Assembly: GCA_902826595.1 (NCBI GenBank)
Contig: CADEFK010000001.1
Span: forward strand, 11,148-75,147
DNA: 64,000 nucleotides
Source of the DNA: an uncultured bacterium
GTDB lineage: Bacteria; Desulfobacterota_D; UBA1144; Nemesobacterales; UBA2774
Direction of reading: 5' to 3'
Shown here one piece after another: positions 38,731 through 50,691 of the stretch. Position 1 is the stretch's first letter; each line of letters begins with the position of its first letter. The translations under genes were made by a program, and so were the position numbers. The notes under the pieces are model-generated. The model saw nothing but the letters and a program-made list of their open reading frames with translations, ran no database searches and was not told the DNA's origin.

Positions 38731-41106
38731 ATGCAGAGAGATGCCGGGCGATTAAAAAAAATTGCAGCGATAGTTGTTCTGTCGTCGTCCGCATCCGTTC
38801 TCTCGGCGCTGCTCCTTTTTTTCGCGCTCGATTTCATTATGCCGTTTCCTGTGGAAACCCTGCGAAGGGAGCCGACCGCCGTGATCACGGACAAGGACGG
38901 CAGGCCGCTAAGGTTCTTTCTGCCCGCGGACAAGCGATGGCGCTTCCCCGTGAAGCTCGCGGAGGTTTCCCCGAGGCTTGTAGAAGCCGTGATTGCCTCG
39001 GAGGACAGGTGGTTCCGCAGTCATCCGGGCGTAAACCCTTTGGCTCTTATCAGGGCCCTTTACAGCAATTTAAAAGAAGGAAGGGTCGTATCGGGCGCAT
39101 CGACCATCCCCATGCAGATCGCCCGTATGTCCGACCCCAAGCCGAGGAATATCTTTTCCAAAGCCTTAGAGGCCTTCCGCGCACTTCAATTAAAACGCAT
39201 ATTCAATGATGACGAGCTCCTTGAAATCTACCTCAACCTGGCCCCGTACGGCGGCAATATAGAAGGGGTTGGGGCGGCGTCATATTTTTACTTCGGGAAA
39301 AACCCGCGCGCGCTCACACCGGGCGAGGTTGCGCTGCTCACGGCGCTGCCGCGCTCTCCCGCGGCTTTCGACCCGGTCCGGAACCCGAAGGACTCGGAGA
39401 GAGAAAGGAACAAGGTCCTGGGTCAGCTTGCTGTGAGGGGGGTTATCTCGCCCGGCGAGGCGGCTGAGGGCCGGAAAGAGCCGGTGCCTCGGACAAGGAA
39501 ACCCCAGCCGTTCTCAGCGCCGCACTTCTCGGAATTCGTCTATAGAAACGTTTCGAAAGGCGGCAGCCTCAGGTCTGCGCTCGACCCGTCGATACAAAAG
39601 ATAGCGGAGGAGGTTGCCAGGCGTCATATCGGGCTTTTGAGAAGCGACGGCATAGACAACCTGGCGATAGTCGTTGTAGAGAACGAAACGAGGAAATTGC
39701 GGGCCATGGTGGGGTCGGCGGATTACTTCGATAAAGAGCACTCGGGGCAGGTCAACTACACGCTGGCCAGACGATCCCCGGGATCCGCGCTCAAACCGTT
39801 TCTGTATGCGATGGCCCTCGATGAGGGCATCGCGGTGCCAGGCACCTACGTGCTCGACGTGCCGACCGACTTCTCGGGATATGTGGCGGAGAATTACGAC
39901 AGTAAATACAGGGGCAAGATAACTCTCGAGAACGCGCTGATACTTTCACTGAACGCCCCGGCCGTGAGAATGCTGTCCCAGGTGGGCCTCAAGGATTTCC
40001 ACGATCTCCTTCTAGGGGCCGGCCTCTCGACCCTCGACAGACCGTCTGGCAAATACGGTCTTCCTCTGATATTGGGGGCGGGAGAGGTGAGGCTCCTGGA
40101 CCTGACGAACCTCTACGCGACGCTCGCGGTCGGGGGCGGTCACGGGCCCGTAGTCGTCGCTGAAGAAGGAGCCCATGAGTCTCCTCCTGCCGAATTATTC
40201 TCTCCCGAGGCATCTTACCTTATTACGGAAATACTTACAGGCCTCAAACGCCCCGATATGCCGGCCAACACCTGGGCGCTCACAGAAGACGTCCCCGAGG
40301 TGGCCTGGAAGACGGGCACGTCGTACGGACACCGTGACGCGTGGTCCCTCGGGTTTTCCAGCAAGTACACTGTAGGCGTCTGGGTTGGCAATCCGGACGG
40401 CAGGGGACAGAAAGGCATTTCGGGCTCGGAGCACGCGGCGCCGATTCTATTCGATGTCTTCAGGGGCGTGGAGGGGGACGGCTCGAGGATAAGCAGTCCC
40501 GAAGGGCTCAGGCTCGGCACCATCGAAGTCTGCAGGGAGAGCCACATGCTCCCGACGCCATACTGCGGGGAGAGGGACAGGATCTCGTATATAAAGGGTG
40601 TATCCAGAATACCGAGGGACAACTACTCTAAGAAGATATTTGTAGATTCGGAGACCGGAGATTTGCTTCTTGGCGATTGCATCGGGGAGCGCCCTCACGA
40701 ATCGCGCATCATCACGACCTATCCCCCCGAGCTCGTCGCCTGGTGGATGGCCGAGGGCAAAAAGAGGGATGCCATCCCTCCCCTTAGCGCATACTGTAAC
40801 GACGTTTCTTCCGAGCGCCCGCCCCAAATATTATCGCCCGACAAGGCGACCCCCTACCGCGTGCTCAAGGGCATGCCCGCCGAATATCAGAGGGTCGAGC
40901 TTATAGCCGGCGTAAGCGAGGAGGTTAGTGAGCTCTACTGGTATCAGGACGGGAAGCTCGTTGCCACCACTAGGCCTTACAAGAAAACGTTCATACCTCT
41001 AACGGCCGGCGCACACCGCCTCGTAGTGGTGGATTCCTCGGGGCGTTCCGACAGCATCATGTATAAGGTCGAGAGCCGGGACAGCGTCAAAGTAGTTGAG
41101 AGATAG
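38731..41106 (+). CDS. pbpC: Penicillin-binding protein 1C (bifunctional glycosyltransferase/transpeptidase)
   Basis: GT51 motifs (EDRWFRSHPGVNP, GASTIPMQIAR). Transpeptidase SxxK region. C-terminal PBP1C-type domain. Confidence 0.85.
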   Translation: MQRDAGRLKKIAAIVVLSSSASVLSALLLFFALDFIMPFPVETLRREPTAVITDKDGRPLRFFLPADKRWRFPVKLAEVSPRLVEAVIASEDRWFRSHPGVNPLALIRALYSNLKEGRVVSGASTIPMQIARMSDPKPRNIFSKALEAFRALQLKRIFNDDELLEIYLNLAPYGGNIEGVGAASYFYFGKNPRALTPGEVALLTALPRSPAAFDPVRNPKDSERERNKVLGQLAVRGVISPGEAAEGRKEPVPRTRKPQPFSAPHFSEFVYRNVSKGGSLRSALDPSIQKIAEEVARRHIGLLRSDGIDNLAIVVVENETRKLRAMVGSADYFDKEHSGQVNYTLARRSPGSALKPFLYAMALDEGIAVPGTYVLDVPTDFSGYVAENYDSKYRGKITLENALILSLNAPAVRMLSQVGLKDFHDLLLGAGLSTLDRPSGKYGLPLILGAGEVRLLDLTNLYATLAVGGGHGPVVVAEEGAHESPPAELFSPEASYLITEILTGLKRPDMPANTWALTEDVPEVAWKTGTSYGHRDAWSLGFSSKYTVGVWVGNPDGRGQKGISGSEHAAPILFDVFRGVEGDGSRISSPEGLRLGTIEVCRESHMLPTPYCGERDRISYIKGVSRIPRDNYSKKIFVDSETGDLLLGDCIGERPHESRIITTYPPELVAWWMAEGKKRDAIPPLSAYCNDVSSERPPQILSPDKATPYRVLKGMPAEYQRVELIAGVSEEVSELYWYQDGKLVATTRPYKKTFIPLTAGAHRLVVVDSSGRSDSIMYKVESRDSVKVVER

Positions 41107-41537
41107 GGAATTCGCAAGGGGAGAAATTGAACGAGAGGGCGAAACTCAATAAACTCATCCCGATATTATCGATTTCCCTCGCTATTTTTTTATTCTCTGC
41201 ATCCGTCCGATTTTCCCGTTCCACCGAGTGTCGTTACACACCGCTCTGAATATATGATCAAGGAATTTATAACGCACCCCTCCGCCCTCCTTTCCTCTAT
41301 GAGTCTGTAAATCAAGTTGTCGAGCCGGCTCGCTGCAAGTAAACCGCGTTTATTCCCCGGGAGGGATCGTCAGTTTTTTGAGCCGATATCCTTTATTGAC
41401 GGTTTCCATTCTTTTCTCAAGAATATGGAATCACGGAATAGGCGTCAACAACCCTCCTGACCTTAATCCGCCCTTAACCGGGATTCTTGTAATCGATCTG
41501 CCATCTGGTGTAAATTAGTCTTGAAGAGGAGACGGTT

Positions 41538-43312
<1,775 letters not shown>

Positions 43313-43366
43313 CTCGTGTTAGTGTCGGAGAAGTTTTTCGGACGAACCGCATAAGATAAAATTCTC

Positions 43367-44269
43367 ATGGAAAAAGGCATGAAGACAGGTATCGCGCTCG
43401 GCGGGGGAGGGGCGAAAGGGTTCGCCCATATAGGCGTCCTCGAGGCGCTCGGGCATGCGGGCATCGAGTTCGACATGGTTGCGGGCACGAGCATAGGGGC
43501 GCTCGTAGGCGCCGTATATGTCGCGGGTAAGCTCCCGGAGCTCGAGCGGATCTCGAGACGGTACGGGATGAAGGATCTTCCCTTTCTGTTAGGCCCTACA
43601 TGGCCGCGTAAAGGTCTTTTCAGCGGGAATTATATAGAGCGACTCCTCGACGATATTGTTCACGTGGAGAATATCGAGGATTTGGGTAAGCCGTTCGCCG
43701 TTGTCGCTGTGGACCTGAATAAAGCCGAAGTCGTCACATTCACAAGCGGGAATCTGTGTCAGGCGATACACGCGAGCATGTCCATTCCGGGCCTCTTCAA
43801 GCCCGTTGTGGACGGGGGCAGGGTACTCGTCGACGGCGGGGTACTCGAGCCTGTCCCTGTGAGCGCCCTCAGGGGCCTGGGTGCGGACGTAGTCGTAGCG
43901 GTAGACCTCCTGAGCAATCTGTCCCCGGTCATCGGCGACGCGAAGGCGAGGCCCGCTTTCGTCGACTATATCCGCTCCCTTGCCGGGAAGTTCTACATGG
44001 AGGGTTTGACCGCGGCCAACGACCGGGAGGGCGAGACCGCCATGTCCCTCGTCGATATCATACAGAGGAGCTCTATCGTCGCTCAAAGAAAGCTTACGGA
44101 ATATCATTTCAGGGACGACCAGCCTGATCTCGTCATCGATCCCCCGCTCTCCGACATCAAGGTCTTCGATTTCCACAGGGGCGGGTCAATAATCGAAACA
44201 GGCAGACAGACCGCGGAAAAGGCCGTTCCCCGGCTGCGTGACCTTCTTACAAAATCCCGCTCCCGATAG
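43367..44269 (+). CDS. Patatin-like phospholipase (RssA-like)
   Basis: GGGGAKGFAHIGVLEAL oxyanion/Gly-rich motif. GTSIG nucleophile elbow. DGG motif. Confidence 0.85.
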   Translation: MEKGMKTGIALGGGGAKGFAHIGVLEALGHAGIEFDMVAGTSIGALVGAVYVAGKLPELERISRRYGMKDLPFLLGPTWPRKGLFSGNYIERLLDDIVHVENIEDLGKPFAVVAVDLNKAEVVTFTSGNLCQAIHASMSIPGLFKPVVDGGRVLVDGGVLEPVPVSALRGLGADVVVAVDLLSNLSPVIGDAKARPAFVDYIRSLAGKFYMEGLTAANDREGETAMSLVDIIQRSSIVAQRKLTEYHFRDDQPDLVIDPPLSDIKVFDFHRGGSIIETGRQTAEKAVPRLRDLLTKSRSR

Positions 44270-45695
44270 ATTCCCTTTTTCCCCTCTTCCATTCTAAAAA
44301 GAGCAATACCCAGACCGGCGCGAATTCAATCCAGACGATTACATTTGTGAATATGTCCAGCCCCCCACGGGGCTCGAAATAATACCTCAAATAATAGAGC
44401 GGGAGTAAGGCTGTCAAGGCGAGAAGAGAGAATCTCGGCTGAACTGCCAGAAATGGTAGGAGCCACGTGTAATACCACGGGAACTCGGTCGGGCCTACGA
44501 GGAAAACGAACGCGATTATGTAGAGGCCTTTTTTGAAGAAGTCAGCCCCGGCGGGTTTCCTGTAAGATATATACGCGATCCATAAGACAATGAGAGAGGC
44601 CGCGATCACACGCGCCAGGGCGTATTTGTGATAGGTTTGGAATCCAAGAATACCGAGGGAGAAATCCGAGATAAAAATTAATATCCGGAAAATCGAATCG
44701 TTGTTCTCCCAGCTCCTGCCGTAAGCGATCAGGCCCGAGGACTGGTCGGGCCCGGAAAGATATAGCGGCAGGAAGAGAACACAGAGGACGAGCAGTAACG
44801 TAATGGCCGCCCGCAGTATCCTCCATGGGCTGGATAGAATCGGGCGCAGGACTAGCGGTATCAGGAATGCGGGCCACAGCTTTAGGCCTATGCCCGCCGC
44901 GAGGCTCATGATAGAAGCCGTGTATCTTGCCCTTGAAGCGAGGAGAACGCCGCCGATCGCGAAGGGAAAGACGAGTGCGTCCATGTGGCCCGAGTTGTAT
45001 ATTTCCTTGACGAGAAGCGGGTTCCACCAGTAGATCGCCGCGTAGACGAGCGGCAGCCGTAGTAGGTTGAGTGAATAAAGGATGAGGGCGAGCGCCGCGG
45101 CGTCGAAAACCAGAAGGATCGTTCTCCACGGCAGCAGGCTCCAGGGCTTGATGATGTAGGAGAGCGCAAAAAGGGCCTGGGTGACGGGAGGATAAATAGT
45201 GCGTATGTGGGGATGATTGATACGGTGAATTATGTCGCCCGATTCCCCTGCGAGCCCGCTCAGCTTTTCGGGTACGTCGCGGTTTTGAATGACCTGTTCA
45301 GGCGAATATCTATACGGGTTTATTCCGTTCGCCGTTACCGCCCCGTCCCACAGGTATCTGAAATAATCATCTTCGAGGATCGGGGTCGAGAAAAACATCA
45401 CAAGCCTGAGCGTGAGGCCTATAAAGAAAACGAAGCCCAGCATCGCGCCGGCGTTAAACGACTTGAGCGCCTTGAAAACTGTAAATATGTAAAGAACGCC
45501 CGAGAGGGTAAGCAGCAGGACGAACAGGATCACGGGCCTGTCCATGAGAGGGGTCTCGGGGGAGAAATAATTAGAGAGAAAAGACAGAATGAGAAAGAGG
45601 CCCGCAAGCGTCAGACCGCTCAATGCGATAAGCCATCTCGCATCCAGAGAACGCGCGCGTTTTTCCTCCCGGTCAGCTCCGAAGAGCAAGCTCAT
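44247..45695 (-). CDS. Polytopic membrane protein, putative GT-C-fold glycosyltransferase (DUF2029-like)
   Basis: 482 aa, >10 TM segments. Periplasmic-loop acidic motif ILEDDYFRYLWDG. 3' end overlaps patatin gene 3' end by 23 nt (convergent). Confidence 0.35.
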   Translation of the reverse strand: MSLLFGADREEKRARSLDARWLIALSGLTLAGLFLILSFLSNYFSPETPLMDRPVILFVLLLTLSGVLYIFTVFKALKSFNAGAMLGFVFFIGLTLRLVMFFSTPILEDDYFRYLWDGAVTANGINPYRYSPEQVIQNRDVPEKLSGLAGESGDIIHRINHPHIRTIYPPVTQALFALSYIIKPWSLLPWRTILLVFDAAALALILYSLNLLRLPLVYAAIYWWNPLLVKEIYNSGHMDALVFPFAIGGVLLASRARYTASIMSLAAGIGLKLWPAFLIPLVLRPILSSPWRILRAAITLLLVLCVLFLPLYLSGPDQSSGLIAYGRSWENNDSIFRILIFISDFSLGILGFQTYHKYALARVIAASLIVLWIAYISYRKPAGADFFKKGLYIIAFVFLVGPTEFPWYYTWLLPFLAVQPRFSLLALTALLPLYYLRYYFEPRGGLDIFTNVIVWIEFAPVWVLLFLEWKRGKRESIGSGIL

Positions 45696-45812
45696 AGTGA
45701 CACCCCGCCGTATCCGGCTCCTCGTATCAATATACGCTGTTGCCGCGGCGCCCGGAAGTGGCCATCCGGTTGTGGATGTGTTGGTATGAGGCGCTTATCG
45801 CCGGACGGGGTC

Positions 45813-46772
45813 TCACGCGTGCACGGAGTGCTCTTCGAGATACCTCTCGGCGTCGATCGCCGCCATGCACCCCGACCCCGCCGCCGTGATAGCCTGCCTG
45901 TATTTGCTGTCTCTCACGTCGCCCGCGGCGAATACGCCGGGTATGCTCGTCTCGGTGCTCCCGGTTTTCGTTATAAGGTATCCGAGCGCGTCCATCTCGA
46001 GCATGCCTTTGAAGAGCTTCGTGTTCGGGTTGTGACCTATGGCGATGAATACGCCCTGGACCGCCATTTCCGTAACTTCGCCCGTCTTCGTGTCCCTGAG
46101 CCTCACCCCTCTCACACCACTTTCCTGGTCTCCCAGTATCTCCTCCACTTCCGCGTTCCAGATGAATTCTACCTTGGGGTTTTTCTGCGCCCTGTCCCGG
46201 AGAATCTTTGATGCGCGGAGCTCCGCTCTCCTGTGGACGATGCTCACCCTGGATGCGAACTTCGTAAGGAACGTGGCTTCTTCGAGAGCGCTGTCCCCGC
46301 CCCCTACGACTATCAATTCCTTGTCCTTGAAGAAAAAGCCGTCACAGGTGGCGCAGGTCGAAACCCCGCGTCCCAGCAATAGTCTTTCCGACTCTATGCC
46401 CAGCATCTTGGCGGACGCCCCCGAAGCGATGATGAATGAATCGGCTTCGATGACCGTATCCCCGGCGGTGATTTTAAAGGGCAGCTTCGAGAAATCGACG
46501 GCGGTTATCGCTTTCATCACGCACTTCGCCCCGAACTTCTCTGCCTGCTTCCTCATCGAATCCATCAGCTCGGGCCCGAGTATCCCCTGTGGGAACCCGG
46601 GGAAATTCTCCACCTCGGTCGTGAGCGTCAGCTGGCCGCCCGCCTCCATCCCCTCGAACACCACCGGCTCGAGATTGGCCCTGGCCGTGTATAGTGCCGC
46701 GGTTAATCCGGCCGGTCCCGAACCCATGATCACGACATTGTGTCTTCGTTTCAAGTCCTTTTTATCGGTCAT
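45813..46772 (-). CDS. trxB: Thioredoxin-disulfide reductase
   Basis: VVIMGSGPAGLTAALY FAD motif. Redox-active CATCDG. NADPH motif VVGGGDSALEEA. Confidence 0.9.
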   Translation of the reverse strand: MTDKKDLKRRHNVVIMGSGPAGLTAALYTARANLEPVVFEGMEAGGQLTLTTEVENFPGFPQGILGPELMDSMRKQAEKFGAKCVMKAITAVDFSKLPFKITAGDTVIEADSFIIASGASAKMLGIESERLLLGRGVSTCATCDGFFFKDKELIVVGGGDSALEEATFLTKFASRVSIVHRRAELRASKILRDRAQKNPKVEFIWNAEVEEILGDQESGVRGVRLRDTKTGEVTEMAVQGVFIAIGHNPNTKLFKGMLEMDALGYLITKTGSTETSIPGVFAAGDVRDSKYRQAITAAGSGCMAAIDAERYLEEHSVHA

Positions 46773-46985
46773 TTCCGCTCCTGAAGCATATGCCTCTTCC
46801 GTAAACTCCGCTTTATACTACACCCGGGAAGCGGTATTTCAAGTTACCCCGCCCCGCAAAAATACCGTTTAATTTTAGATAGCCGGGGGCAAGGGAAAGA
46901 TTCAAATCGGTATTTCGCCGAAGGGCCCGGCGCATCTGGTAGAATAATGATGCTGCGGGTTGGTTCCCGGAGCTTAAGGAATCTC

Positions 46986-48098
46986 ATGATTATAAAGAAA
47001 CTGCCTCTGCATGATTTACACGAGTCGCTGGGTGCTGTGTTCCGAGAGTCCGGAGAATGGCTCGTGCCCGAGAGCTACGGCGATATGCCGGCTGAATACG
47101 AGTCCTTACGGGAACGGGTCGGCATAGCGGATCTGTCAGACCGCGGGAAGCTCCGTCTCGGCGGCAAAGATCATCTGAAATTTCTTCAGGGCATGCTCAC
47201 GAACGACGTAATAAAGCTCGAAGAGGGTAAGGGGATGTACGCCGTGATTCTCACGGTGAAGGGCAGGATGGTTTCGGATATGCGGGTCTACCGGGAAAAG
47301 GATTCGGTGCTGCTGGATCTCGAGCCCGGTCTGAATGCGAAAGTCGGCGAGCTCCTGAAAAAGTTCAGGCTGTCATATAAAGCGGGAATAGATGATCTGA
47401 CTGAAAGCATGGGATTGATTTCCGTTCACGGCCCGCTCGCGCCCGGTTTGCTGGGAGAAATTATCGCAAGGGAAACTTTGCCGGTGAACGGTCTCGATCA
47501 TGTCCTAACATCCGCAGCAGGCCGCGAGGTGACTGTCGTTAAAGTTAACCGGGCCGGCGGAGAGGGCTATGATATCTACGCTGGCACAGAGGGGCTCACT
47601 GACGTCTGGTGGCTCTTGATGGAAAAGGGTAAAGAGCACGGGATAAAACCTGTAGGCAGGGCCGCGCTCGAAGTGCTCAGAATCGAAGCCGGCATTCCCG
47701 TTTACGGTATGGACATGGATGAAGAGACTATACCCATCGAGGCCGGTATCTGGGACGCGCTCAATTTCGAGAAGGGGTGTTACGTCGGTCAGGAAGTGAT
47801 AGCCAGGATAAAGTGGAGGGGCCATGTCAACCGGCATCTCTCGGGTCTGATCCCGGCAGGCGGAAGGGTTCCCGAAAGAGGCGCGGATGTGATATCGGGA
47901 GGGAAGAAGATAGGGCGCGTTACTAGCGGCGCCTTCTCGCCCGCCCTCGGAAAGCCGATAGCCCTCGGGTACGTGAGAAGGGAATTTATCGAGCCTGGCA
48001 CAGGGGTTGAGATAATATTCCAGGACGGGTCCATCGAACATGCCGAAGTCGCTTCGCTGCCGTTCCCGGGCGGTCAAGCCTTTCAAAAAACGGAATAA
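46986..48098 (+). CDS. Glycine-cleavage T-protein family folate-binding protein (aminomethyltransferase-like)
   Basis: N-terminus MIIKKLPLHDLHESLGAVF..GEWLVPESYG parallels GcvT (KKTPLYDLH..LGAKMV.FAGW.MPVQY). No gcvH/gcvP nearby. Track start 46947. Confidence 0.65.
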   Translation: MIIKKLPLHDLHESLGAVFRESGEWLVPESYGDMPAEYESLRERVGIADLSDRGKLRLGGKDHLKFLQGMLTNDVIKLEEGKGMYAVILTVKGRMVSDMRVYREKDSVLLDLEPGLNAKVGELLKKFRLSYKAGIDDLTESMGLISVHGPLAPGLLGEIIARETLPVNGLDHVLTSAAGREVTVVKVNRAGGEGYDIYAGTEGLTDVWWLLMEKGKEHGIKPVGRAALEVLRIEAGIPVYGMDMDEETIPIEAGIWDALNFEKGCYVGQEVIARIKWRGHVNRHLSGLIPAGGRVPERGADVISGGKKIGRVTSGAFSPALGKPIALGYVRREFIEPGTGVEIIFQDGSIEHAEVASLPFPGGQAFQKTE

Positions 48099-48246
48099 TC
48101 GCCTTTGGTTCAAAATTACCGCCCGTAATCCTTGATTTTATTTCCCCCTCTATTATAGTATGAGTAAGGTGTATTTTGTCTGGCCAAGAGCCAGTTAAGA
48201 AACAGGGTTGGGTATCTTTTATAAATCACTAATAACATTTTATTAA

Positions 48247-49326
<1,080 letters not shown>

Positions 49327-49379
49327 AAATCAGCCGCGGTTTCTATGCGTCATGGTTCTTTTGCTGATATGATATAGAC

Positions 49380-50207
49380 ATGGGTTTCTTCAAGCGCCGC
49401 ACCATACTAATCGTCCTCGTTCTTTTCTTTATAGCGATACAGCTCTTTTCACTCGATCTCAGGGAAAGGAACAGTAAGAACCCGGTATCCAAATTTGTCC
49501 TTACACTCACGTATTATCCGCAAAAGCTGGTATCCACTGTTACCGATGGAGTCGTAGGTACCTGGCGGGATTATATCCACCTCGTTCATGTGAACGAAGA
49601 GAACAAGAGGCTCAGGGAGGAGCTGAACACGCTCAGACAGGAAAAGTTCGGGTCAGCGGAGATCAAGGCGCAGAACGCGAGGCTTAAAAAGCTTCTTGAT
49701 TTTAAGGACGTGTCCCTATACCCGGTCGTGTCCGTGAACGTCATAGGAGCGAGTCCTTCCATTCTCCGCTCACAGGTAGTGATTGTCGACAAGGGCGGCG
49801 CGGACGGTATAACCGAAGGCATGCCCGTCGCATCTTACGACGGCATAGTCGGAAGGATATTGCTTGTGGGGGAGAGGAGCTCGGAGGTCCTCCTTATCAC
49901 CGACCCGGTGAGCGCTGTCGATGCTTACATTCACAGGACCCGGGCGAGGGGCATCGTCAAAGGGACGGGCAGCGGGTGCGTCATGGAATACATCGAGAAC
50001 AAATCGGATGTCAGCGTCGGGGACAAGGTCATTTCATCGGGCAAGGACGGTTTTTTCCCCAAAGGGGTCATCATCGGAACGGTTACCGACATAAGCCCCA
50101 ACGGGAGCTTTATCAGCGCGGGGGTTTCGCCCCACGTCGATCTGAACTCGCTCGAAGAGGTCGTAATAATACAAAAATCCGTGAACAACATGGTTCTGAA
50201 TGAATAA
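49380..50207 (+). CDS. mreC: Rod shape-determining protein MreC
   Basis: N-terminal TM, coiled coil, beta-rich C-domain. Directly downstream of mreB. Confidence 0.75.
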   Translation: MGFFKRRTILIVLVLFFIAIQLFSLDLRERNSKNPVSKFVLTLTYYPQKLVSTVTDGVVGTWRDYIHLVHVNEENKRLREELNTLRQEKFGSAEIKAQNARLKKLLDFKDVSLYPVVSVNVIGASPSILRSQVVIVDKGGADGITEGMPVASYDGIVGRILLVGERSSEVLLITDPVSAVDAYIHRTRARGIVKGTGSGCVMEYIENKSDVSVGDKVISSGKDGFFPKGVIIGTVTDISPNGSFISAGVSPHVDLNSLEEVVIIQKSVNNMVLNE

Positions 50208-50691
50208 GACCATTACGTTCATATCGCTCCTTATAGTCTCGATCCTCTTAATTACGGTGCAGTCTACTCTCCTGTCTCCGAGGAACGCCGGGTATCTCTT
50301 TCCGGACCTGAATCTGATCTTCATAGTTTTTCTGGCCGTTTATTCGGAAACGAGGGGGAGCTTCCTCCTGGCGGCCGGGAACGGATATATGATGGACGTC
50401 CTTTCGGGAAACCTGCCCGGGACTTTCACTATCTCCCGACTTAGCGCCTACATGCTCGTGCGCACCAGCTCCAATCACGTATATCTCAAGAAATCACTGG
50501 TCCTGGGGCTTGTCATCTTCGTGACGACTGTTTTTACGTGGACATTTATCCTTACTATAATTAGAATAAAGAGTGACGCGGGCTTTCAGCTTTCTTTCAG
50601 CGATATCATACTTCAGGGACTGGTAAATTCGGCAGTCGGCGTGCCGCTTTTCTGGGCGGCGGGCAGGATATATGCAAGATTTCAGAAATAG
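50200..50691 (+). CDS. mreD: Rod shape-determining protein MreD
   Basis: 163-aa polytopic membrane protein overlapping mreC end. Operon position. Confidence 0.6.
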   Translation: MNKTITFISLLIVSILLITVQSTLLSPRNAGYLFPDLNLIFIVFLAVYSETRGSFLLAAGNGYMMDVLSGNLPGTFTISRLSAYMLVRTSSNHVYLKKSLVLGLVIFVTTVFTWTFILTIIRIKSDAGFQLSFSDIILQGLVNSAVGVPLFWAAGRIYARFQK

